A stretch of DNA of 64,000 nucleotides from Bacteroidota bacterium. Its GTDB lineage: Bacteria; Bacteroidota; Bacteroidia; Flavobacteriales_F; PHOS-HE28. Below the pieces are notes generated by a model. That model was given only the letters and a program-made list of their open reading frames with translations, did not search any database and was not told the origin of the DNA. Both the position numbers and the translations under genes were made by a program. Position 1 is the first letter of the stretch, and the number at the start of each line of letters is the position of its first letter. Shown piece by piece: positions 1 through 9,339 of the stretch. The DNA is taken from the NCBI GenBank assembly GCA_018266685.1, contig JAFDZY010000201.1, positions 1,632-65,631 of the forward strand. Direction: 5' to 3'.

Positions 1-1476
1 CGCGGCGGGGAACTTGCGGTTCTCGCCGATCACCATGGCCTGTTCAATGAAGCGTGAGGCGCGCAACTTGTTCTCGATCACCTGCGGGGCCACGTACTTG
101 CCGCCGCTGGTCTTGAACATTTCCTTTTTCCGGTCGGTGATGAAGAGGAAGCCGTCCGCGTCCAATTTGCCGATGTCGCCCGTGTGGAACCAGCCTTCCG
201 CGTCCATCACTTCGGCGGTCATCTCCGGCTGGTTGTAGTAGCCCATCATCACGTTGGGCCCTTTTACGAGGATCTCGCCATCGTCCGCAATGCGCACCTG
301 TTCATCGCGGATGGGCTTGCCCACGCTGCCGAAACGGAGGCCGTTGTTGCGCGCGTCGTTCACGCTGATCACCGGGGATGTTTCCGTGAGGCCGTAACCC
401 TCCATCAGCGGAATGCCCGCAGCGTTGAAGATGCGCGCCAACCGGGGCTGCAGCGCGGCGCTGCCGCTGGCCACGCACAGCACTTCGCCGCCCAGTGCCT
501 CGCGCCATTTGCTGAACACCAGCTTGCCCACCAGGGCAAGCTGCAGCTTGTACCACAGGCCCTTGCCCTGTACTTCATAGTGCTCGCCCACGTGCAGCGA
601 AAGCAGGAAGAGCTTGCGTTTGATGCCGGTGAGCGCTTCGCCCTTGGCCAGGATGGAATCATAGATCTTTTCCAGCAGGCGCGGCACGGCGGTGAACACG
701 TGCGGGCGCACTTCCTTGATCCGCGCGCCCAGGTCTTCCAGGCTTTCCTGGAAGTGGATGTTCATGCCGGTGCATTGGTACAGGTACATCAGCATGCGCT
801 CGTAGATGTGGCAGAGCGGCAGGAAGCTGATGCAGCGCGCGCCCACGCCCACGGGCAGGCGTTCCTCGCTGGCGTGCACGTTGCTGAGGATGTTGGCGTG
901 GCTCAGCATTACACCTTTGGGCTTGCCCGTTGTGCCGCTGGTGTAGATGATGGTGGCGAGGTCGCCGCCCTTCACCTGCGCCTTGTACTGCTCCAGCAGG
1001 GCGCGCTGGCTTTTGCCCGCGCCCAGCAGCATGGTCCAGTGGGGCAGTCCGTCCAGGCGGTCGAAGGTGAAGATGTGCTTGAGCGTGGGCACGCTTGCCG
1101 CGGCAGCCTCGGCCTTGCCGTGCAGTTCGGCGTTGCTGGCAAAGAAGACGCGCACGCCGGCATGGTTCAGGATGTACGCATAGTCCTCCACGCTGCTGGT
1201 GGGGTAGATGGGCACGTTGATGGCCCCTATGCGCAGCAAGGCCTGGTCCGCAATGCACCATTCACTGCGGTTGCCGCTGGCAATGGCCACCTTGTCGCCA
1301 GGCTTGATGCCCAGTTCCATCAGGCCCATCGCCAGCTTCTCGGCGGTTTCCACCACGTCGGCGGTGCTGTAGTTGCGCCACACGCCCTGTTCCTTGGTGG
1401 CAATGCAGACCTCCTGCGGGAACTCGGCCAGTTGCCGGTCCAGCAGGTCGAACAGGCGTGTTGCGGTATTGCTCAT
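1..1476 (-). CDS. Long-chain fatty-acid--CoA ligase (AMP-dependent synthetase/ligase); the C-terminus runs off the window edge
   Basis: Absent from the ORF track because it is open at position 1. Reverse translation from the ATG at 1476-1474 gives [15 protein letters not shown]..., [20 protein letters not shown] (AMP-binding core, 901-960), GYGLTETSP and [38 protein letters not shown]. The + ORF 184..1578 is its antisense shadow. Confidence 0.9.
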   Translation of the reverse strand, partial: MSNTATRLFDLLDRQLAEFPQEVCIATKEQGVWRNYSTADVVETAEKLAMGLMELGIKPGDKVAIASGNRSEWCIADQALLRIGAINVPIYPTSSVEDYAYILNHAGVRVFFASNAELHGKAEAAAASVPTLKHIFTFDRLDGLPHWTMLLGAGKSQRALLEQYKAQVKGGDLATIIYTSGTTGKPKGVMLSHANILSNVHASEERLPVGVGARCISFLPLCHIYERMLMYLYQCTGMNIHFQESLEDLGARIKEVRPHVFTAVPRLLEKIYDSILAKGEALTGIKRKLFLLSLHVGEHYEVQGKGLWYKLQLALVGKLVFSKWREALGGEVLCVASGSAALQPRLARIFNAAGIPLMEGYGLTETSPVISVNDARNNGLRFGSVGKPIRDEQVRIADDGEILVKGPNVMMGYYNQPEMTAEVMDAEGWFHTGDIGKLDADGFLFITDRKKEMFKTSGGKYVAPQVIENKLRASRFIEQAMVIGENRKFPAA

Positions 1477-1907
1477 TCCACGGCCACGTTGAAGGACAGG
1501 GTGATGGTGCGCATGTTGATCCCCTGTTTGAAGTTGAAGCGCTGCGTTACGGTGGCGCTGCGCTTTTGGTCCATGTAGAAGATCTTCTCCACGTGCTTGC
1601 TGTCCTTGTCGCGGCCGGCCTTCATGGAAATGTCCATCACCAGGTTCACGGCGGAGTCCTTCAGGCTGCTGCGCTTCACGTTCTGGGTGGTCACCTTGGC
1701 GCCCAACTTCACCACCAGGTCGCCTGCGTTCAGGATGAAGGCGTTGCCGGAGCCTTCGGCATGGTTCAGCTCGATCACCGCATCGGTGCCTTGCACTTGC
1801 TTGTCACCATCCTGGGCTTGCACGGCGGTGATGTTGATCTTGGTTTGTGCCTGGGCAAACCCAGCGGCGGCAAAGGCCAATACGGCCAAAAAAATCCGGT
1901 TTCTCAT
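1473..1907 (-). CDS. Small secreted protein, unknown function
   Basis: Internal ATG at 1907 gives 144 aa starting MRNRIFLAVLAFAAAGFAQAQ (signal peptide). The stop overlaps the ligase start (ATGA at 1473-1476). The longer 269-aa ORF in the track has an implausible N-terminal extension. Confidence 0.65.
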   Translation of the reverse strand: MRNRIFLAVLAFAAAGFAQAQTKINITAVQAQDGDKQVQGTDAVIELNHAEGSGNAFILNAGDLVVKLGAKVTTQNVKRSSLKDSAVNLVMDISMKAGRDKDSKHVEKIFYMDQKRSATVTQRFNFKQGINMRTITLSFNVAVE

Positions 1908-1967
1908 GGTGTTGGGGGGGTAATGGTGCATCTTCGCATGAAGCAACGCACAAAATAACACTTCGCG

Positions 1968-2357
1968 ATGAACAACAACTTCCGTTCCCTTTTGATCGGT
2001 GCCGGCATGGCCGTGGCCCTGCTTGCCGGATACAGCTTCAGGCCCATGCCGCAGGCCCAGGCCTACACCTACCGCCAGTTCAGCACCATCGAGAGCGTGG
2101 TGCCCGGCGGGCTTGGGCGCTCGCGCATCATCATCAGCGATGACGCAAGCCAGGAAGTGGGCAAGGACCTGATGAATTTTTACAGCCTTACGGGCATCAA
2201 CTTCAAGAACGTGGCGAACAACGACAAGCTCATCGTGGACAACATCAACCAGTACACCAACGAGGGCTGGGAGCTGTACCAAGTAACGGCGGGTGTGCAG
2301 AGCAATGATAAGACGGGCATCTTCCTGACCCGCTACCTGTTCCGCAAGCCGGCATAG
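1968..2357 (+). CDS. Hypothetical N-terminally membrane-anchored protein
   Basis: 129-aa ORF with one N-terminal hydrophobic helix (LLIGAGMAVALLAGY). GC3-rich codons. No recognisable motif. Confidence 0.55.
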   Translation: MNNNFRSLLIGAGMAVALLAGYSFRPMPQAQAYTYRQFSTIESVVPGGLGRSRIIISDDASQEVGKDLMNFYSLTGINFKNVANNDKLIVDNINQYTNEGWELYQVTAGVQSNDKTGIFLTRYLFRKPA

Positions 2358-2360
2358 CGC

Positions 2361-3053
2361 TCAGCCCAAGGATGCTTCGGCATACTTGGCGGCGTATTCC
2401 TCCAGCCGCTTGAAGCGGTACTGCATCACAAAGCGCGGATGCTCCAGCGGAATGATGCGCTGGAAGAAGCCGTGCCTGTCATTCAGCTTTTTCAGGAAAG
2501 CCAGGTTCTTGCCCGTGCCGATGCAGGCCATCACGTCCGTGCGCAGCCCTGTGGCGATGAGCTTATTGATCCAGCTGGTCACCACCGGAGTGATGGCCTC
2601 CTGAAGCTCGGAGTCGTCGTAATAGTTCAGGTTCACCGGGGTGCCCTTCGGGCCGGTGCGGGTAAACCCGAGCGGGCACAGGGCCTGTACGTAAACGCGG
2701 CTGTAAAAAGCTTCCGGCCCGCCTGCGGCCCGCACGGCGCGGTAAAAGAAATCGCTGCTGGGCTCATGCGTGCGGATGCCTTTCACGGGCAAACCCAGTT
2801 CGCTCTCGCAGCGTTTGGTGTCCGTGAAGCAGATGCCCGTAATTCCAGCGCCGAAACGGCCCGGGTTGATGCCCAACATCAGAATGCGGGGTTTGTTGTC
2901 CGCATAGAACTTCCTGTGGAATTGCGTAACCAGGTCGTGGACCTGTGCGGAATTTTCGCTGCGGAAGGGGTCCAGGACTTCAATGCCGGGCGGGAGGGAG
3001 ACATCGTTCAGGTGGAAGGCAAACACTTCCTTCAGCAGGGCCGTGGCTAACAT
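2361..3053 (-). CDS. Uracil-DNA glycosylase superfamily protein (DUF4918-like)
   Basis: ILMLGINPGRFGAGITGICFTD and HPRFVMQY resemble UDG-superfamily motifs. The start is placed at Met14 of the 243-aa ORF (MLATALLKEVF); 3092 is an alternative start. Confidence 0.6.
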   Translation of the reverse strand: MLATALLKEVFAFHLNDVSLPPGIEVLDPFRSENSAQVHDLVTQFHRKFYADNKPRILMLGINPGRFGAGITGICFTDTKRCESELGLPVKGIRTHEPSSDFFYRAVRAAGGPEAFYSRVYVQALCPLGFTRTGPKGTPVNLNYYDDSELQEAITPVVTSWINKLIATGLRTDVMACIGTGKNLAFLKKLNDRHGFFQRIIPLEHPRFVMQYRFKRLEEYAAKYAEASLG

Positions 3054-3375
3054 GGTGCAAAGTTGGAACAATGGAGCCGCCCGTTGGTTCAAGGGCTCGG
3101 GGCAAATGCATCAAAAATTCAGTGTGGCAGTGCTTCACAGCCCGTCATGTGATTCCCTTGCCCGGCCAAACTCATCAATTACGATAGTTGAAAGAGAGAC
3201 ATTGGCCAGAGCATAAGCGAAGCGGCACTCCACAAGCCGCGCTGCGGCTGAGGATCCGAAGGCCCAACACAACCCTTTGCAAACGCTTGACACCCTGCCC
3301 GCCTGCTGAGCAATCCCTGTCCAAGGGCTGCGGAATATCAGCCTAGGAAAGGCGGAAAACACGGTTCTTTGCGCC

Positions 3376-4050
3376 ATGCCCACGTTCGAGCAGTTCCGGG
3401 AGCGCATCGCCAGGTTCCGGCAGGAAGGGAGAAAGATCTTCGCGAGCACCAGTTTCCAAGGGCACAGCGTGCCCATGCTGCACATGCTTTCCCGCATCGA
3501 CCCCACGGTGCCGGTGTACTATGTGAACACGGGTTACTTGTTCCCGGAAACACTGCGGTTCCGCGATGCGCTGAAGAAGCTGCTGGGCTTGAACTTCGTG
3601 CAGTTGCGACCGTTGATCTCCAAGAGCCAGCAGCTCAATGCAGAAGGACTCCTGATGTACAGCTGGGACCCGGACCGGGACAGCTACCTGAACAAGGTGC
3701 AACCCATGGAGCGCGTGCTGGCCGAGCATGATGTGTGGATCAACGGCGTGCGCGCCGAGCAGAGCGCCACCCGCAAGGCCATGCACGTGGAGCAGCCTGC
3801 GGCATACGGGTGCTTGCGCTACCACCCCATGCTGGACTGGACCTCGAAGATGGTGCACGCCTACATCAAGGAGCACCACCTGCCGCCGCATCCCTTGGAG
3901 GCCGAAGGTTACCTGAGCATCGGCGACATGCCAAGCACCCGCAAGGCGATGGAAGGCTATGATGAGCGCACCAGCCGCTGGTACGGGCTGAAGAAAACCG
4001 AATGCGGGCTGAACACCGACCTGGGCGCAGACAAGATCAAACAACCATGA
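3376..4050 (+). CDS. cysH: Phosphoadenosine phosphosulfate (PAPS/APS) reductase
   Basis: 224 aa with a PP-loop-like STSFQGHSVPMLHML, WINGVRAEQSATR and the C-terminal ECGL motif (KKTECGLN). Confidence 0.85.
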   Translation: MPTFEQFRERIARFRQEGRKIFASTSFQGHSVPMLHMLSRIDPTVPVYYVNTGYLFPETLRFRDALKKLLGLNFVQLRPLISKSQQLNAEGLLMYSWDPDRDSYLNKVQPMERVLAEHDVWINGVRAEQSATRKAMHVEQPAAYGCLRYHPMLDWTSKMVHAYIKEHHLPPHPLEAEGYLSIGDMPSTRKAMEGYDERTSRWYGLKKTECGLNTDLGADKIKQP

Positions 4051-4964
4051 AAGTATTGGTAACTGGTGGTGCAGGCTATATCGGCGCGGAGCTTTGTGCA
4101 GGGCTGGCGCGGGATGAACGGGTGGAGGAGCTGGTGGTATACGACCTGCTGGACCGCGGCAATTTTGGCCTGTTCATGGGAGCCAGGCTGGGTGGCGCCA
4201 AAGTGCGCTTCGTGCAAGCCGACGTGCTGGATTCGCGGCGCTTGTTGCAGGAACTTGCCGGGTGCGACATGGTATACCACCTTGCGGCCAAGGTCACTAC
4301 GCCCTTTGCGGACGCGGGCTCCAGCCAGTTTGAGCAAGTGAACCACTGGGGCACGGCGGAGGTGGTGTATGCGATCGAGGAGGTGGCGCCCAAGGCGCGC
4401 GTGGTGTACCTGAGCAGTGCCTCGGTCTATGGCCAGGGCAAGGGCTCCGCCCTGGACCCGGTAAAGCCATCGCCGCGGTCCGCGTACGGCCATTCCAAGT
4501 TGCGCGGGGAGGCCCACATGGAGCGGCTGGGAGACAACCAGTCGGTGCTGGTGCTGCGCTCCGCAAACGTGTATGGGCCCGGGCGCAGCATGCGGTTTGA
4601 TGCGGTGATCAACCGCTTGTTGTTTCAGGCGCATTTTCAAGGGCGCGTAACGGTGCGCGGAAGCGGGGAGCAAAAGCGGCCGTTCATCCACGTGGATGCC
4701 GTGGTGGGCACGCTGCTGGCGGCGCTTTCGCCCGGAAGCCCCTTGGGCACCTATGACCTGGTGGAGCATTCATACTCCATTCTCCAATTGGTGGAGGCCC
4801 TGCGCGGTCATTACCCCGAGACCGAACTGCTGTTTGTGGACCAACACTTGGGGCTGATGAGCATGGAAGTGGCGCGGGATGCGCGCTTGGCAGGGCTGCA
4901 ACCACATCGCAACCGCACGCTGGAACAGGACCTGCAAGCATTTGGTGCGCAAATGGCCTGGTGA
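4047..4964 (+). CDS. NAD-dependent epimerase/dehydratase (extended SDR)
   Basis: MKVLVTGGAGYIG Rossmann motif and YGHSK (YxxxK). The start overlaps the cysH stop (ATGA at 4047-4050). Confidence 0.85.
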   Translation: MKVLVTGGAGYIGAELCAGLARDERVEELVVYDLLDRGNFGLFMGARLGGAKVRFVQADVLDSRRLLQELAGCDMVYHLAAKVTTPFADAGSSQFEQVNHWGTAEVVYAIEEVAPKARVVYLSSASVYGQGKGSALDPVKPSPRSAYGHSKLRGEAHMERLGDNQSVLVLRSANVYGPGRSMRFDAVINRLLFQAHFQGRVTVRGSGEQKRPFIHVDAVVGTLLAALSPGSPLGTYDLVEHSYSILQLVEALRGHYPETELLFVDQHLGLMSMEVARDARLAGLQPHRNRTLEQDLQAFGAQMAW

Positions 4965-5018
4965 GGCATGAACCCATTTTGCCATGTTCCTTAACTTTGA
5001 AAGCACAAGCATTGACCC

Positions 5019-5468
5019 ATGTACCACACGTTGCGCAACGCGATCTCGGCGGCCTGCCTGGCCTTGATGATCTTTCCCCTTGTTTCCTGCGGCCAAGGCA
5101 AGCCAAACCCTTGGAAGGACAGCGACCTGATGGAGCCGGCCACCCTGGCTAAAGCCATTGCGGACAGCAGCGCCAAGCAGCCCGTGATCTTTGACATTGG
5201 GCCAGTGGGTTCCATTCCGGGTTCCATCCACATCGGTCCGGGAGAGGACGCCGCCAGCCAGGACAAATTGCGTGCGGAGCTGGCCAAGCTGCCCAAGGAT
5301 GCGGAAGTGGTGATCTACTGCGGTTGCTGTCCCTTCAGCCGGTGCCCCAACGTGCGCCCGGCCTTCAACATCATGAAGGAAATGGGCTTCGCCAACGGAA
5401 AGCTGCTTGACCTGAAGGACAACCTGAAGCAGGATTGGATCGACAAGGGCTATCCCGTGGACAAATAG
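5019..5468 (+). CDS. Rhodanese-like domain lipoprotein
   Basis: Lipobox LVSCGQ after a signal peptide. Cys-rich active-site-like loop VIYCGCCPFSRCPN in a rhodanese-sized domain. Confidence 0.65.
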   Translation: MYHTLRNAISAACLALMIFPLVSCGQGKPNPWKDSDLMEPATLAKAIADSSAKQPVIFDIGPVGSIPGSIHIGPGEDAASQDKLRAELAKLPKDAEVVIYCGCCPFSRCPNVRPAFNIMKEMGFANGKLLDLKDNLKQDWIDKGYPVDK

Positions 5469-5471
5469 GCA

Positions 5472-5562
5472 CCCTACTTCGGCGCCTTCCAGTAGATCCA
5501 TGCCCCAATGATGCCAAAGATGATGTTGGGGATCCACACGGCGAGGGTGGGGTTGAAGGCGG
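5472..5562. repeat. Direct repeat copy 1 (91 bp): orphan copy of the 3' end of the lptF/G-like gene
   Basis: Character-by-character identical to 8081-8171. It would encode the same C-terminal peptide (...IIFGIIGAWIYWKAPK*) on the minus strand but has no upstream gene body. Confidence 0.95.
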
Positions 5563-5563
5563 T

Positions 5564-6520
5564 TCAGTGTTGATACACCCGGATATAGTCGATCTCCAAG
5601 GTGGCAGGGAGGTCCGGAATAGTCGCAGGTCCACCCATTGCATTGACGTATAGGCCGTCGTGGATGCCCATGCCCACAATAATGGACAACTCAGCTTCTT
5701 GGGCCGGGAAAGCTTGATTTTGAATGTAGATCCCCCCTGGGACATCACACTCCGAAACAGGACGGTTCAATAGGTCGTACATGCGGCAGGACCGATGTAC
5801 AAGGGCATCATCAATGTAGAAGTTCACAAACCACATGTCCCAATCTACTCGGTAGACGTGGAAATCATCAGACAGATCATGTAATTCCATCGTGCCTTCC
5901 TCGCTTGCATCTATTTCATCGCACGTTGAATTATATCGGTGCAAGGCGTGGTGATAATGGTTGGAAGGGTCAGCTGTGATCTCCAATATGTCAATCTCTG
6001 AGCATCCGTCATTTCCGCCGAAGAGCCAAAATGCGGGCCATAGATAGTGAGACGTGCTTTTGGGTACCTTACATCGGCACTCAAAGCGCCCCCGTCCGAA
6101 CTTGAACCGACTGTGAAGGATCCCTGACGTATAGCTTGAGGATGCTGAATACCATTGCTGAACCGGGCCTTTCCTTGCGATGATCTTAACGGTCCCATGA
6201 CCTGTCATTTGGACGTTTTCGTCCTTGTAAATCACCATATCCCGTGGCCAGCCGTGCGTTCTACTGTACAGGCAATCATCTTGGTTCCAGCAATAGGGAT
6301 AGAAGCGGAGCCACTTGTCCGTGTCTAGATCATCGCCAGTGAATTCATCGTTGAACACGAGGGTCCAATCCGGTGCTTCGCAGAAATTTCCTCCTTCCAC
6401 AGCGATGACGGGATGGCGGACTGGATCAGCGATTCCTTGAGCGCTTACTTGCAGAGCCATATTGATCACTATCGCGTACAGGGCAATTGTCCAACGCGGA
6501 TGGATCGGGCACAAGGTCAT
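5564..6520 (-). CDS. Glycoside hydrolase family 16 (beta-glucanase/laminarinase-like), secreted
   Basis: Catalytic ExDxxE motif EIDILE at 5981-5998. WPAFWL is upstream of it. Start at Met25 (MTLCPIHPRWTIALYAIVINMALQVSAQG signal). The ATGA overlap at 6517-6520 couples it to the upstream gene. AT-richer than the flanks. Confidence 0.85.
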   Translation of the reverse strand: MTLCPIHPRWTIALYAIVINMALQVSAQGIADPVRHPVIAVEGGNFCEAPDWTLVFNDEFTGDDLDTDKWLRFYPYCWNQDDCLYSRTHGWPRDMVIYKDENVQMTGHGTVKIIARKGPVQQWYSASSSYTSGILHSRFKFGRGRFECRCKVPKSTSHYLWPAFWLFGGNDGCSEIDILEITADPSNHYHHALHRYNSTCDEIDASEEGTMELHDLSDDFHVYRVDWDMWFVNFYIDDALVHRSCRMYDLLNRPVSECDVPGGIYIQNQAFPAQEAELSIIVGMGIHDGLYVNAMGGPATIPDLPATLEIDYIRVYQH

Positions 6521-7878
6521 TCCATGGAAGTTTTGTTGCGCGGATAATAGAGCAACATGAACGTTGTAATGGTCAAGAAAGGCACAAGCCATGCCAACTT
6601 TGCCCCAAACCTATCGGCCACCATAACCAACGAGGCATTGACGGCTGAATTGATCAGCATGGCACCGACCAGAAATAGGGTTAAGCTTTTTAGCAAGGAA
6701 TTACGGGCCAATGAATCCCTATTGGCTATCCATAGTAGAGATAATGCGATTGCGGAACATGCCATTACGAAGTTGAGCACTAGGTTCCATGCATTCACAG
6801 GATTACGGAATTCATCGGCATTCATTTGACGTGAATGGTCAAATGCACCAATTTCAGATGGGATGAATGCTCCAATACGTTCATGAAGCAGCGTTCCCTT
6901 GCCGAAAGCACCGTTGCCTTCGCCAATTGAGAAGTGGACCAACTGCGTCAAAGATGACTTGAACGCTGACTCAATTTGCATGGCCAATAAGCGTGGTTCT
7001 GTTAAGGAGGCCAATGTGATGTGGCCCAACTCGGTTTCCATTTGCTTGCGACTTTCGTACACCTTCAGCGGAGTGTCATCCGCCCATAGAAATGCGTCAG
7101 CACTGTGCGGTATGTTTCCCAATCGGCTGCACAGGCGATAATGCTCCGTAGGACAATGCTCTTCGAGGTATCGCTGAAGTACACCTATTTCGGCCAAGTG
7201 CGCAGCGTAGAACGAGTATTTCGATTTTGCCAAGGAAACGCCCATCGCAAGCGAACCAACAGTTGAAAGCATGATGATGGCTGCAATGGTGGTCCAGAAT
7301 GACCGTCCCCTTGTGGATTGCCGAAGCAGCAGGCGGATGATCCAAGCCAAGATCAAGAGTAGGATGGTGATAGAGATATGGGACATGTGCGTGGCAAATG
7401 CCAACAAGAACAACGAGAATAGCAGGATGCGTGTGCGCTTTGGCAGGTCTTTCGCAAACAGCAACAGGAACAACGTAATCACCAAGATCGGCGTGAATAC
7501 ATCCGTGATGATCTGTCCAATGACAAACGGAAGCCCGGATAGCAATGCGGTACAGCCAATGATCGCAGTGCGGGCCCAAACGTTGGTGCAGCCAAGGCTG
7601 CGAAGAGCCAATCCTGCTACATAAGCCAACAACATGGCTTGGGCGATTACAACCGTCCAAAGGCTCCAGCCGTTGAAACTGCACACGCGGATAAAGAGTC
7701 CGTATGTGATTGGCCGATCGATCAGTGTTTCAAGATGGAATCCGGAAACGAGGTAGGAAGAAGTGTCTGAATAGACAATAGGGTACCGGTTCCAAAGCGC
7801 TGCACTTAAGAGGCAAAGCAGGGTAATGATGCTGGCACCGGCACGTCCCAACAAACCGTTGATGCGAGTTGGATTCAT
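6517..7878 (-). CDS. Polytopic integral membrane protein (possible GT-C-like glycosyltransferase; function uncertain)
   Basis: 453 aa. About 8 hydrophobic helices in the N-terminal half, a ~190-aa soluble segment, then more helices at the C-terminus. No catalytic motif recognised. Confidence 0.7.
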   Translation of the reverse strand: MNPTRINGLLGRAGASIITLLCLLSAALWNRYPIVYSDTSSYLVSGFHLETLIDRPITYGLFIRVCSFNGWSLWTVVIAQAMLLAYVAGLALRSLGCTNVWARTAIIGCTALLSGLPFVIGQIITDVFTPILVITLFLLLFAKDLPKRTRILLFSLFLLAFATHMSHISITILLLILAWIIRLLLRQSTRGRSFWTTIAAIIMLSTVGSLAMGVSLAKSKYSFYAAHLAEIGVLQRYLEEHCPTEHYRLCSRLGNIPHSADAFLWADDTPLKVYESRKQMETELGHITLASLTEPRLLAMQIESAFKSSLTQLVHFSIGEGNGAFGKGTLLHERIGAFIPSEIGAFDHSRQMNADEFRNPVNAWNLVLNFVMACSAIALSLLWIANRDSLARNSLLKSLTLFLVGAMLINSAVNASLVMVADRFGAKLAWLVPFLTITTFMLLYYPRNKTSME

Positions 7879-8080
7879 ACTTCACTGATCAATCTTGTGG
7901 TCAACATGCCCAATTTACTGAGCCGGTGGGAAATTCGCGGTGGCTTCTGGCATTGGACCCTATGGGTTCGATAGTGCAAAGGTGCGAGGGTTGCGGCTTT
8001 GAACCTCATATTCTTGCACTCTCGAACCCCTGGCACGGCCCGCTTTTTGTTGCCATTCGAGCAAGTAAATGGCTTCAATG

Positions 8081-8171
8081 CCCTACTTCGGCGCCTTCCA
8101 GTAGATCCATGCCCCAATGATGCCAAAGATGATGTTGGGGATCCACACGGCGAGGGTGGGGTTGAAGGCGG
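8081..8171. repeat. Direct repeat copy 2 (91 bp), inside the intact 3' end of the lptF/G-like gene
   Basis: Identical to 5472-5562. It covers the stop codon (8083-8085) plus the last 28 codons. Confidence 0.95.
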
Positions 8172-9225
8172 AATTGGTGGCGGCCACGGTGGTCATCTTC
8201 ATGGTGAACACATACAGCAGGCAGAGCACCACGCCCAGAACCAAGTGTACGCCGGTGCCGCCGCGCACTTTGCGGCTCGCGATGCCCACGCCCATCAAGG
8301 TGAACACATACGTGGCAAAGGGGTAGGAGGTGCGCTGCTTCTGCTCCACTTCGTAATAAGCCACGGTACTTCCGCCGCGCGCTTTTTCGGCCTTGATGAA
8401 GGCAGCGATCTCCTTGCGGTCCATGGCTTGGGCGATGGCCAGGCGCTGGCCCAGGTCGGAAGGTTTCAGCGGGATCACTGTGTCCAGCCGCGCACCTTGG
8501 CGGATCCGTTCACGCGGCATCACTTCCGGCGTTGCGGGCAGGGGCAGGCCGGCGGCATCCATGGCCAACGGCCCGTGGTCCTCCGGGATGTAGCGGATCA
8601 TGTAATCGTACACGGCCCAAGAACCCTTGGTGCTGTCGTACATGGCACGGTCGCTGAGCAGCTTGGACCGCAGTTGTCCGTTCTCCCAGCGCTCCAAGCT
8701 GAAGCGGTAGCCGGTTTGCCGCGCCATGTCCACGGATTCAAAATAGACGATCTCGCCCGGTGCGATTTCGCGCAGCACGTTGTTCTCCTCAAGTTTGTAG
8801 GTGCTCCAGATGTGTGCCTTCTCAAAGGCAAGCCGCGTGCGGTTGGCGTGGGGCAGCAGGAATATGTTCACGTACAGCGACAGCGCGGTGAGGATGGTGG
8901 CGGCGATGAAGAACGGCTGCACGAAACGGGGGAAGCTCACGCCGCTGCTCAACATGGCGATCACCTCGCTTCGCCCCGCCAAGCGGCTGGTGAACAGCAG
9001 CACGGCGATGAAGATCAACAGCCCGCTGAAGAGGTTGCTGTAGTAGATGATGAAGTTCAAATAATAGTCCACCACGATCTCGTACACGCTGGCTGAGGTC
9101 TTGGCGAAATCCTCCGTCTTCTCGCTGATGTCGAACACCACCGCAATGGCCATGATCAACACCAGAATGAAAAAGAAGGTGCCCAGGAACTGCCGGATGA
9201 TGTAGCGGTCGAGGGTTTTTAGCAT
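8083..9225 (-). CDS. LptF/LptG family LPS export permease
   Basis: Start at MLKTLDRYIIRQFLGTFFFIL, a typical YjgP/YjgQ N-terminus. Three N-terminal and three C-terminal TM helices flank a periplasmic domain. Confidence 0.85.
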   Translation of the reverse strand: MLKTLDRYIIRQFLGTFFFILVLIMAIAVVFDISEKTEDFAKTSASVYEIVVDYYLNFIIYYSNLFSGLLIFIAVLLFTSRLAGRSEVIAMLSSGVSFPRFVQPFFIAATILTALSLYVNIFLLPHANRTRLAFEKAHIWSTYKLEENNVLREIAPGEIVYFESVDMARQTGYRFSLERWENGQLRSKLLSDRAMYDSTKGSWAVYDYMIRYIPEDHGPLAMDAAGLPLPATPEVMPRERIRQGARLDTVIPLKPSDLGQRLAIAQAMDRKEIAAFIKAEKARGGSTVAYYEVEQKQRTSYPFATYVFTLMGVGIASRKVRGGTGVHLVLGVVLCLLYVFTMKMTTVAATNSAFNPTLAVWIPNIIFGIIGAWIYWKAPK

Positions 9226-9250
9226 GGGTTGCAAAGTTCGGTACACGGAT

Positions 9251-9335
9251 GAAGTCGTGAGTCTTTTAGTCCTGAAGTCGTGAGTCCGGCTCCCGGCTCC
9301 CGACTCCAGGACTCCCGACTCCAGGACTCACGACT
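9251..9335. repeat. Intergenic mosaic of short direct and inverted repeats (GAGTC/GACTC-rich); probable hairpin downstream of tgt
   Basis: GAAGTCGTGAGTC occurs twice (9251-9263, 9274-9286). GGCTCCC occurs twice. CGACTCCAGGACTC occurs twice with period 15 (9301-9314, 9316-9329). AGTCGTGAGTCC (9276-9287) pairs with GGACTCACGACT (9324-9335). Confidence 0.6.
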
Positions 9336-9339
9336 GTAC

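Noticed and set aside
184-1578. 464-aa + strand ORF, the longest ORF in the track for this region
   Set aside because: It is Ala/His/Gly/Arg/Val-rich with no motifs. It lies exactly antisense to a clear acyl-CoA ligase reading frame that the track omits because that frame is open at the window edge.
3093-3375. A ~280-nt leader upstream of cysH, examined for a SAM or other sulfur-related riboswitch
   Set aside because: I could not find the conserved SAM-I core or any other riboswitch consensus I know. Only a short GCCGC/GCGGC hairpin (3236-3248) is present. It remains unexplained but there is no positive evidence.
7950-8010. tRNA-like fragment (GGGTTCGATAG) near the right end of the low-GC insertion, as a possible integration target
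   Set aside because: There is no acceptor stem, anticodon arm or CCA context. The T-loop-like heptamer alone is not significant.
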